Shown here: positions 1 through 11,800 of the stretch, piece by piece
Layout of the letters: every line of letters begins with the position of its first letter
How positions within the stretch are numbered: the first letter of the stretch is position 1
Assembly: GCA_964035545.1 (NCBI GenBank)
Contig: OZ037765.1
Coordinates: 30,503,504-30,567,503 of the forward strand
Length of the DNA: 64,000 nt
Direction: 5' to 3'
DNA from: Bugula neritina
Taxonomy: Eukaryota > Animalia > Bryozoa
Notes under the pieces: model-generated
What the model was told of the DNA's origin: nothing
The model's database searches: none
Seen by the model: only the letters and a program-made list of their open reading frames with translations
Program-made: the position numbers and the translations under genes

Positions 1-537
1 ATACGTTGAGCGAGCGATCATATACGCCCATCGAAAACTTATTATGCTAAATGTCGCAAAAAGCCATCAAGGCTAACCTAATAGATGCACGCTCTATGGT
101 TCAGTACTACTACTAGTAGTAGTAAAAGTAGGTATTATTTGTAACATCATCATCATGGTGATGAGTGACCATGATCATCCTTGCTTATAGTTATTAATTT
201 TTAGTCAAATGCTGACATTTTTAATGCAAATTTATTTTTTGAGTTTTGTCAAATATAATTTTTTTTACTCAAATTTGTAAACTCACTATTGACTAAAGCT
301 CATGAGTCATGAGTCATGAATGATGAATTCCAATCTCAATCTGCAAAAAGACCCATGTTCTACAAGTTGAAGTACAAGTAGTAGTACAAACTCAAAGCCA
401 AATGCTGAACTAATTTTAATGATTATATTAATATTGCATCAGTTTTTAAGTATTGGTAATCATCCGTTAGATTTTTTGTTGTTTTAACTTTAAGTCAATC
501 ACAATGTCATGCTGATGCTATGCTGATTCTTTAAAGG

Positions 538-1525
538 ATGTTCAAGTACAGCTTAAAGTTAAGGTATTTAACTTTAAGGTATAAATTAAAATTCAACAGT
601 CATCGTGGTCTTCATACTGTTCTGGGAATTGAATCTAGTTGTGACGATACAGGCGTGGCAGTAGTCAACAGCAAGAAGCAAATTCTTGGTGAATCACTTC
701 ATAATCAAGGCAGAGCTCATAGAGAGTAGGTTTGTTATTGTATATAATCAACTTCATTGGCTATTTAAGTCAGCCATTATCAATCTTATTGCAAATCAAC
801 ACACTTGTCATTTCGAGTTTTGAAGTGTTTCCAGTTGTATGTATGTTATCCGTTTGTTAGATTTGGAGGCATCATTCCTACACTTGCTCGGGATTTTCAT
901 CAACAGAACATAGATGGGCTGGTGTCGGATGCTTTAAAGCAAGCTGAACTGAATATCCAAGTATGTTTTAGCTATTATAACTCATTCAAACCTGCAAGTG
1001 TTTTCTCCATTTTAGTAAGTCTATTTTTTATCATGCTGAAAGTTGTGAAACATTTAAATTGAACTCAATCTAACTTTTCTTCTTCTATAGGTTCTTCATT
1101 TTATTATTAGTTATATTTTTCTCTTTCTTCAGCTCAATATAGTATTTGGAAACATCTTTAGTTTTCTGGAGCAGTTTTAGTCAGTCATAAATTTTGTTGA
1201 ATTGTTCAGGATGTTGATGCTATAGCTGTCAGTGTAAAACCTGGACTTACACTGTCTTTGCTAGTTGGCCTTGAGCATGCCAAGGTGCTGTGTCATCAAC
1301 ACAAGTGAGTCAAATCTATTTCTAGTCATTCATCCGATTTTTTGTTGCCTCGTATTTTAATATGACCTTCACACCTTTGTTGCAACTAACTAAAAAATTA
1401 ATCATAATTCTTTGTTCAATTTACTAAATGAGAGTCATGTTTAGGACGTTGTATATTTGCATGGCAACCCAATAAAATCTTTTTACTGATTATTAACGTG
1501 TAATAAATTGTAAATTATTTCCGCA

Positions 1526-1560
<35 letters not shown>

Positions 1561-4500
1561 TGCAACGCAATGTTTACACATATTATTGTGTAATTTGTCT
1601 GGTTTAGGAAAACTTTAATTCCTATTCACCATATGGAAGCTCATGCTTTGACTGCAAGACTTTCAAATCAGTAAGTTTGCTTCCTTTAACTTACTTATAA
1701 CTTTTTTTAATTTGTAAATCTTTAGCTTGGTGTTGTTTAAACATTACTTAAACATGTCAGAGTTATAGTAATCATTTGATATTTTGTAATTTTGTGTTTC
1801 AACAGTGTCATTTCTTGACATGATTCCTCATTTAGAACATTTTTTTCTTTAATGAATGAGAAAATTTTGGTATATGGAAACCAAACAGAGTTTTTGTCCC
1901 AATTTTCTATTTTAATAACGCTAAAGTTCATAATTGTAATACAATTATAATACATACTTCAAAAACATTACTGAATTTTTAAATTAAGTTACTTGAAATT
2001 CATTTCCTATTGTTTTTGAGTATTAAAGCTCATCTTGTGGTGTTTGAAGTGTAGAGTTTCCATATCTGGTGATGCTAATGAGTGGAGGTCACTGTCTCTT
2101 GGCTGTGGTGGAGGGAGTGGATAAGTTTAAGTTACTTGGCACTTGCCTAGATACATCTCCAGGCGATATGTTGGATAAGGTAAGTTGTAATATCTTAGGT
2201 CATCCACTATCTAGACCAGCTTGCTGCGTAATGCCTTTTCCCAATAGGCCATTTTCACAGGTCCCCGATGTCCCCTTTACAACTAAGAGTTGTGTCCTCC
2301 CCAAGTGAATAGGTTGAGCCTTTGTATACACAGCAAACTCATTAAAAATTTAAAGTTTGACTGGTACTTAAAATTCTAATTATATGCAATAGAATTGCTA
2401 TTTTAGGAAATATATATTTTGGTGTAAGCAGACATATTAGCAGTTCAAAAACTTTTTTTAAATATTTCTTCATGGATAATTTTGATGAAAATAAACTTGA
2501 AAGTATTTGCATTTCTTCAGTTGACATACTGGGTAACAAAATGTAATGAGCTAATCCAACTAGTTTGTTATGGACACTAACTGATGTGTGTCTTGGAGTT
2601 AGATCATAGAATGGCTATTCGTCCACTTGAGAAATGGCTATTAGTCTACTATTTACTGCACTTGATTACGAGTTCTACTAATGGGCTATTTCATAATGTT
2701 GGTGATTTTTACTTATTGCTGTTTGAAAGGTAAATAATAAGAAAGTTAAAATCTTTTCAAGTTTTAGGCCTAGGATCTTCTGCCTGTTGAGATATGCTAT
2801 ACAGCTGTTTTTTTAAATTGTTTTATTAATTTGAGGTATGTTGAAGTGTTGTGTGCTCTATTAATTATCAAATTGTTATTATGTCATTCACTTCAGACAG
2901 CCCGGCGTCTCAAACTGAAGTTGCTGCCAGAGTTGGCAGCGTATTCAGGAGGTGCTGCTATAGAGAAACTAGCAGTGAAAGGAGACCCACATAGTATCAA
3001 GTTCTCTCATGTCATGTCTACTACTCTAGACTGTAACTTTTCCTTTGCTGGGTTACAATTTCAGGCAAGGAAGAAGATAGAAATAGAAGAAGCCAAGATG
3101 GGTGTGTGGTCTTTATGTTCACTTTTAATACATCGTGCTTTCTGATAGGCCAGTTTTGCTATATTTTTGAATATTAACAAGTTGGTGACTTTGTTATATA
3201 ATTTAAATAAAATAGGGCTTCCACTAATTGTTACTACTAGAAGAGGTGTGTTGACAAATTTTTTATCACTCACTACTTGATTTTTCTAAAAGAATTTTGA
3301 AAAACTTTTTTCATTGAAATAATGGAGCTTAAAATTAATTTCGCAATTGAAATGTTTTCAATTACTTTTCACTATTAAAATAAAAACATTTATGTGTTCA
3401 AGAAGTCATGCTGTTTACAGGTTCCAGCGCGGCTGGTTCAGTGATACCCAATCTGGAGAATATGTGTGCCTCCTTACAGCTAGCTATTCTCAATCATATG
3501 GCAAAAAGACTGTACAGAGCTTTTATGTTCTGTGATATGAAAGGGCTACTCCCTGAGTCTAACAGAAGTTTGGTTTGTGTTCTCTTTTATCTCTTTGTTT
3601 ACCTTCAGTTAGTTCTCAATATGCTGATGTATGTAGAGTTGTGAATTAAACTAGCTAAGGTGATTTATTTTTGTATCCATAGTGATTACGCTTTTAATGG
3701 TCTAGTGATTTAGGTTATGTTTATATAATATAATTATATTATATTAATAATAATTTTAGCACTTTTTATTTACTGTTTAATACATGTACTTGAGTATATA
3801 TTATTTAAATATATGTTCTTTGCTGATGAGGGGACAAACCCTGAAACAGTTGCTGTACACAGATTGAGGCGTATATAGATTTGTGTGCGTATTATATATA
3901 ATACTTGCACAGGTCCTCTCTGGTGGTGTAGCCAGCAACCTCTTCATCAGAGACGGTCTCACTCATATAGCCAATCAGTTTGATTGTGACGTTTCCTGTC
4001 CACCTCCTCGCCTTTGTACAGATAATGGAGTTATGATTGCTTGGTACGTGTGAATTTTGGAAATGCTTTGGTGATGATAGAAGTAAGACTACTGTATATG
4101 ATAGTAGGTAGAGTTATCCAGTCTGCTGATTGGTTGTTAGCCTTTAGTTTCACTTTGTCACTTTTAATTTTCCTTTGTAAATTTTAATGATATATTGGAG
4201 TGCTATTTTACAGGTTTAACATTTTCGAAAAAGAATTTTTGTATTTAAATTAGGCTTTTATTTTAATGAATAAATGTGTTAAATAAGTTGTTAACAGCGG
4301 CAACATAGAAAATATATTCAATGCTTGTAGGAATGGTGTTGAAAAAATAATGAAAGGAATAGACTTGGATGTAAATATGGATGATATTAAAGTAGCCCAT
4401 AGGTGTGTATGTCTACATTATGGTTTCTTTTTGCTCATCAGATATGAGTGTCTCAGTTTTCTCTCTATCTGTTCGTGGTGCCTGGTATCATCCTGCTTGT

Positions 4501-4936
4501 GGAATATTTCTCACTGTAAGGTTGTTACAATGTGTATACCACTACTTTGTATGTCTGGTATATGTGCTATTTTTTTCTATAATCATAGTTGATCTGTCAT
4601 TACTCAATGCTGTATCACCATCCTGTGTGTTCATTATAAGTATGACATAATTCTTTGTGTGCACATAGTGTGATGTCATTGTTTTGTGTGTACTCATACT
4701 GTTTATGTCATTGAGCCTGGTACATATTTACGAGTCATATTATTATGTAATTTCAAATTATGTGTTTGAGACACAAAAGAAATTTTGTTAAAGTTTAGTA
4801 CAAGCTCCTTCCACATCTACAAGTTACATCCAATTGTAGAAGTCCCTTAGGTGTTTCCATGGTGGAGGAGGTAACTAAGGCCCACCTGAAAGTCGGTAGA
4901 ATTAGATTTCCTTACTTGAAGCAGGAGAAAAGTTGA
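538..4936 (+). CDS. OSGEPL1: Mitochondrial tRNA N6-adenosine threonylcarbamoyltransferase (Kae1/TsaD/Qri7 family), 10 coding exons
   Basis: Exons ~538-725, 861-960, 1210-1304, 1608-1670, 2050-2179, 2897-3101, 3421-3572, 3913-4043, 4331-4402, 4840-4936 join in frame with GT-AG. Motifs VLGIESSCDDTG, FGGIIP, PIHHMEAH, LMSGGH, PGDMLDK, FSFAGL, SGGVASN, CTDNGVMIAW. The basic N-terminus resembles a mitochondrial presequence. Confidence 0.93.
3817..3863 (+). ncRNA. Minimal type I hammerhead ribozyme, slightly degenerate, sense strand of OSGEPL1 intron 7
   Basis: TCTTTG-CTGATGA-GGGG acaaa CCCT-GAAA-CAG ttg CTG-TA^-CACAGA. Complete catalytic core; one stem I mismatch and a G.U at the base of stem II. 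Near-identical to the copy at 36496-36542. Confidence 0.75.
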
Positions 4937-5089
4937 AATGGCAGCGGGTAGATAATCAACACCATCATAGCACCTAAGCAAGTGAGTTTCTGTGAGAGTT
5001 GTCTTCACATTTTATCCATTTGGATTACTAATGCTATAAAAGTCTAAGTTAAACGTGTGGGTATATCATTCCCAAACATTGATACTTAC

Positions 5090-5866
5090 TTAAAGGATTG
5101 CTCTATCTTGTCTAATAAATGGCCATTTAGGTCAAACACACATAATATTGTGTTTTTCTAAGCATGCATTGACAAAAAGCATTTAACCAAAGGTAGAAAA
5201 AGTTAGTTGAAGTTGAGGGTGTAGATTGGTAACAGCCAAAACGCCGATTTTGAAATGAGCTGGGAAATGTGACGTAACAGCGCCAGCATTCCTGCTGGTC
5301 ACGTGACTATACAAATGAATAACTATAGAAATATGACTGTGAGATGTGATCTTTCAGCTCGTAATTTGTATATTTATAGAAGTGCAAATGTGAATTATCT
5401 CAATCTATAGTTTTTTGACATTCTAAATAACATGTATGTAATAACATTAGGCCATATTTTGCTTGTAAACATTAGAAAAAAGCATTGCAAAAACATGCGT
5501 TCTTTAGGATGAATGCCTGCGATCGATCTAAACTAGGTCAGATTGTGCAATATTACGGGCACACCAAAGCTGACCTATATAGCGCACTGTAACTGCTTGA
5601 GCGTTATTGGTTGATATTGTGCTCAGCAACCTTGAATACTAGCGTTATAGTTAGCACGTGCAGCATAGTTACTGGCGTTCACACGTCACGTATTAGGCTA
5701 TTCTTTTTCATGGCTGAAAATTTTACCGCCCTCAAAATTGGAATTTTGAAAAGCTGTTTTCTAGGCACATATCCCTTTGCAAAGTCACAATTGTTTGCAT
5801 ACACATTAAATTATAGTTCATAATTATAATGTGATTGTAATAAACTAAGATTGAGCAATCCTTTAA
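5090..5866. mobile_element. Non-autonomous DNA transposon (MITE), Kolobok/T2-like, TTAA TSD, copy 1
   Basis: TTAA|AGGATTGCTCTATCTT...AAGATTGAGCAATCCT|TTAA (element 5094-5862). Near-identical second copy at 52831-53606. AG..CT termini with a TTAA TSD are typical of Kolobok. Confidence 0.88.
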
Positions 5867-7249
5867 GATTGAAAAAAATGAAGCTTCATAATTTTTTTAC
5901 TGTTTAGATATTTAGGTCTGTGCATAGTATAACATTGTTATGTTATAATGCATTTTATAAAAGATGAGAGTCTAATAAAATTAATAAATTCATTTATAAA
6001 GTCAATATAATATTGTTTAAGTGTGCTAATTGTTTATATTACGAAAAGATTTGAAGGAATTTTTTGCATTAACTTGATTTTTTTATTCATGACTATCACC
6101 TAAGATGCAGTGGGAATTCTTAAGGTATTGACAATTTGAGTTTATGAGATTCTAGGCTATTAGCCTAGAATCTAAGCTTTTTGTTTGAGAGTTATCAAAC
6201 CCACATGGATTATGTAAATTATAGTACTACACTAGCATGAAATTTCTCACTAGCATAAATGTTGCACTAATTATTTTTGTAGTGTTTTGTGTTTTATCAG
6301 TGAGTTATTCTGGTATATTGCGACTGATGTATTTATTTAGTGTCAGGTAATTTAGTTAACTTATATGTTACAGGTCTGCGCTAACGTCACATGACCAGCT
6401 CGAAGACTGCAGCCTACTGGTTAGGAATATTTCTCGCATCAAATGTTTGATAGTTGGAGACTGTATTAGCCTGATAAGTTTGGATATTAATCTAATATGT
6501 GCTGTTGAGAGGAATCTTTAAAACATGTGGACCACCATACAAGCAGTGTAAACTAAATCTACACTAGAAATAATTCATATATGATTCCCAAAAGCTTTGT
6601 CGTACTAACTTCACACAGGCTAAAAGTTATAATACAGGGCATAGATGGTACTCGCAAAATAGAACTCAGGCAGTCATCTTGTCAGAACTTAGTCTATCTT
6701 CAGTTGTCTTCAGTTCATCTCTTTGTCACCAGAGAAGCTCTGAAGAATTAGCAAGGCCTAATTTCAAAAGATTCAATATCACATGTGGTCTACATCTGAT
6801 AAAACAAATAGCCGTGCAACTTTCCGGAAGTTTACTAGTCAAGTAGCATTACTACTCAGAGCTTGGAGTGGAACTTATTTTTAATTTTAGAGTTGAGAGA
6901 AAACGTTATTACTGTTTGTAAATTATTCTATTTTCCTTTTGAAATACAATATTCCTTAATTTTGTGTCATACTTTTTAATATGAATATTAGGTGCTTGTG
7001 TATTACTTTCAACACAATACAAATTCTAACTGGGTATGTGCAAATGTGTTGTTCTGCTGTTATGTATTTATGATCAAATATGCAACAAGTTTTGTATGGT
7101 AGTTGATACATCTCAATTCTCCTGGAGCGATTTTTTTGTTATAACGTAATGATTGCATTTCTTATATGCAAACACGTAAAAGCTACTAGCCAGCTATTTC
7201 ACTGGTGTGGCTAGTTGTGGGACCCAATTAACTAAAACTTCCTTATAGT

Positions 7250-7660
7250 TATAGTTCATTGGTGGGACCTTTTATAAATTTCTTTAATACTAACTTTTAT
7301 GGTGCATTCATGGGGTTTAATTGTCATGCAAAGCCATTTATTTTCATTGTGAGCTGTGATTATAGAGAGGTATTTTGTTGGCAGGTGCACATAATTGCAT
7401 CTCAACTGGTTTCAAATGTCACAATTCACATAAATAGATCAGCCTGCATTGAAAATGACATTAATGGAGCAGCTGAATCTAGTAATAATGTAGTCTAAGG
7501 AGGTAAAGGGGGATATACCATACCAAATTTAGATAGGTTGATGTAGGATCTGAGAAAATGATAACTGGCTTGCTAAATCAGAATAGTAATATAACTGATA
7601 ACTAACCATTTTGCTTTCATTCACAAGCAGTACATACGTATTGTCAAGTTGGATTTTGGC
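7250..7660 (-). pseudogene. Possible highly decayed LINE (RTE-like) endonuclease fragment
   Basis: Minus-strand translation gives LDYIITR followed by VNCD, resembling the APE C-terminal LDYI..R/TDH block; interrupted by stops and frameshifts. Confidence 0.3.
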
Positions 7661-8851
7661 TTGAGCCTTGGGGAGTTTTGAAGTGGTGCTTTTATTGTAG
7701 CTTGGTGGGATGTAGCAATGCCACTATAATCACAGTGGGTGTAACTCTGTTATTAAATAGTTTTATTCGTATTATTAAGCTGCTCGGAGCTCATTCGCTT
7801 ACCGCACGCAAAAGTGATGACTCGCCGCTAAGTTTTACTGTTACAGGTCAAGGTTTTTACAAGCTAAAATAATAGTGTTTTGCAAGCAAATTTGTATTTT
7901 CTTAAAACATCGATTTATTCCAATATTATTGGTGATTATTGGCTACTTTGAAGTTAGTAGTTTTGTTTTGCTTATGTTGTGTAAACGCTATTTGACGTCG
8001 AAGTTGTGATTTAAGCAAACTGAGGCTAATAATAACTACTATTAATAGATAAAAACACATCAATCATTAATATTATCATTATGATTATGATTATCATTAT
8101 CATTATGATTAAATTTAATGATTAATAATAATTTTATTAAATTTGATGCCATCAACTTTAAGTTCAACTTTAGGTTTTAGTTTGAATTTGTCTTAATATA
8201 TATAAATTGAACCATTATAATTTTGTAAAGTAGAAAAAAGTAATTCAATTATTATCATTATGGTAATGGTTGGTAGAAAGTAGGAACACTAACCGAGTAG
8301 TACATACTGATACTTATAAAAGAATTATGCAACTTTATATATTAATATCTAGTATTGGTAATTATTAGTATAGTTATTGATATTAGTTAATAGTTGCACA
8401 TATATTCCACCTTTGCAAAGCAAGGCTCTTTTCTTGTACCTAGTATTTTATTTGTATACCTAAAATTAAAGTTTGAATAGTGTTATTATATGTCCTTAAG
8501 TAAAATTTTTGCAACAAAATCATAGCTTGTGAGTAAAAATAACGTGTTTCAATTGCAATAATAGAATGCAGTTAACACAACTGCAAAAGGGTCTCTGCTT
8601 AAGTTGACCAAGTTTATTGTTAAAGTTTTTGACACAGTTGTAGAACTATTACCAGGAATCATGGTTTGTATTTTGGACCAATTGATCAGAAGGGATCAGC
8701 ACATGCTCTAGTGTCAGTAAGTCTCTAGTTACTTTGGGATTAGACCAAGTTGAAATTTTTTGTTGAATAATTCAATTTATTTTCAGCATTTTTAATCATT
8801 ATAAAATGGAAATTCTTTACTATATTTATTTATAGAAGGTTTATTGAGGTG

Positions 8852-11800
8852 ATGAAGTGCCGGCAGGGAACAAAATGTTGCATCATTGGAGCGACTTTAG
8901 CTTCTGTCTCATGGAGTGTAATATTTTACTTATATGTTAAAATTGATGTGCCAAATGACTCGCTTAATGAAGCCAAGTTAAAACATGTTCCTCACAAAAA
9001 GTTTCTCTTACAGAGGAACCTTGACTCTAATCAAGGTAAAGGTTAAGTTTTCTTTAAAAGTAAACTCACAATCACTAGTCTTAATAATAGTTCACTTGAT
9101 AACTAGTAATATATTCAACTCCCTGTGTACAGGCTGATTGTATAGAAGCTTGTTATATGTTTCAGGTATATATTGATATTTATAAAGTTGTAAGAGCTTG
9201 ATGATGATGCATGTCTATGTAATGTATTTCATCAGTTGTTTTGTTTCAGAACTGGAAGAAAGATTTGTGGATGTAATTAAAGCCGGCCAAATTTTTACTG
9301 ATGAAGACAAGCAACTTTATGATCATGGTATTGTGCTTAAACTGCCTATAATAATTGACTTAGACTGCCTGTTATATATGCTCAAGCTGTAAGTTTACAG
9401 CTAATGCTTATTGTGCTGTGGTTGTTTCAGGTATTCGGCATCATGCTTTCAACGCATACCTGAGTAATCGGTTGAGCTTCGAACGACCCATCTTAGATAC
9501 TAGAGACATGCGGTGGGTTCTGAAATATCTGGACATATTTGTATCAAGTCTTCATTACCAGATTTTTTGTACTAATTACATCAGATGCATCCTTAACAGC
9601 TGAATTGGCATAGAAGCGATCATAGGCTGTGTGTGTCATTTTGAATTTTTATCTTCATTAAATGATAAATATAAATAAATATATTTATTTTATTTAAATA
9701 ATTAAATATAAATAATATTTATTTTTAATGTATATTTGTTTCAACGAATGTAGAAAAAGCTTTGGTTTATTGTAGGTGTTCTTCTCAGTCGTATTACACA
9801 TCTACAGAAGTTAGTATTATTATGTGTTTCTATAATGAAGCAAGCAGCGTACTTCTGCGCTCACTGCATAGTATATTTGGGAGGACAACTCTTGCACTAA
9901 TAAAGGAGATTATCTTAGTGGATGATTGCAGTGAAGATGGTAAGAAAATGTGTTTTAGCAGCTGTTTTAGCTTCTGTCCCAGTGAAAAATTTTACCAAAA
10001 GAAATGTTGATGATGTAGATTATTTTGAAACTTAAATGCAGTTAGAAATTTGTAGTACTCTTTGAAGATTGTCTGTTGCTGTTAGCTTGTTGATGGAGTT
10101 TTTACATTACTCAGTGCATTCATTTGGAATAACTATGATGTAAAAAAGATTTCATAAAAATGATCGCATCAAGTACTGTTGGATTATTTAGTATATTTTT
10201 ATAATAAAGGTGTATAATAATTATTGACCTGTTTAAAGTTATAGAAACATTTTTACTCTACATGTCTTTCTTTGTAGCCCATTAAGATTATTGACATTTT
10301 TAGCCACATTTAAAGAAATCAAACTTACGATTTGAATCTTAGCCTTTGGTAACTATACTTTAGAGCTCAAATTAACATTTGTTGCTTGTTCAAAGTTAAA
10401 TATGCAATAACTTGTAATTTAGAGGAGCTGAAGGCTCAGCTTGGTGAATATATAGAAGATCACTTCCCTCCTATAATCAAACTCTTGAGGAATGAGAGAC
10501 GAGAGGGACTAATCCGAAGTCGCATGATTGGTGCTAAGGCAGCTACTGGTGAGGTATGCTGACTTTTATTTGCTACTCTTGGGAGTTTTTAAATCGAGGT
10601 CATGGGTTTCCAGTGAAGGCCATTGGTGATAATGTTAGGAAGAGCATCCAGTCTTAATTTTTTTCTGTACCACATCTGAATAAGTCCTCAGCCTGCTTTA
10701 AAAAAAGGTTTTCTCACAGGGATAGTGACTATAACTGGTGTAAGTTTTTTGAGAGTTTTCTATTGTTTTTCTATTGCTTCTAATATGATGAAAAATTGGG
10801 AGTTAAACTCACAATTTCTTTTTTATTTAAAACTGTTAGTTTAGTGCTGCGTATTTGAAAGCAGCTGATAAAGTATTCACATGTCTTTTACAGGTGCTAG
10901 TGTTCCTAGATAGTCATATAGAAGTGAACACAGGCTGGTTGGAGCCACTCATTAGTAGAGTTTTAAGTTCTTGGTCTACTGTTGTGTTGCCTGTCATTGA
11001 CATCATAGATGCGGACACTTTTCAGTATAAGAAATCACCTCTTGTCAGGGGAGGCTTTACCTGGTCTATGAGGTTTTCATGGGAGGCAATTTCCGAATCG
11101 TATCTCCGGACTGACCCATTTTATATCAGGTATTGAACTGATCAGATGGTGATGTTTCACCCGAAGTCGATATTCTATATTCTGTCAAAGTTACTATATG
11201 TTTATGATATAGCTTTCAACTTACATATTCCCGCTACATACCATCTTAATGTCACTTGCCTACTGCATATTGCATCTTCCAGTAGATTTTCATATACTGC
11301 TCCTTCAAACATATTATGTTCTAATTGTATAACTCACTCACATGAGTTTATAATCACTATCCCCGCGGTGGAAAGGGCTTCTTTTAAAGCGAGCCAAGTA
11401 CTTATTTATATGTGACACAGAAGCAACTATAACTGTATGATCTTCCTAACATCGTTGCCGGTGTGTGAACTCAAACAACTGACCTTGTGTTTATTAGGCC
11501 AACACTTTAACCGCTACACCACGGCTGCTTTCTGCTCTAATAGTATAAATATTATATTTATATTCTGTAGATCACCTACCATGGCTGGAGGGCTGCTATC
11601 TATCAACAGAGAGTATTTCTTTCAACTTGGAGGTTATGACACTGGTATGGACATCTGGGGTGGTGAGAATCTTGAAATGTCTTTCCGGGTATGCCTTCAA
11701 GTTTTTACTTAAGCTTTTGACAAATACCTGATAATTGCCTACCTTTATATTTATATTTAATTTCTTTCTACAATGCATGAAGCTCTTTACTTTTGAATTA

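Noticed and set aside
5611-5823. 70-aa ORF duplicated at 53351-53563
   Set aside because: Lies in a non-autonomous MITE, TTG start, no transposase motifs.
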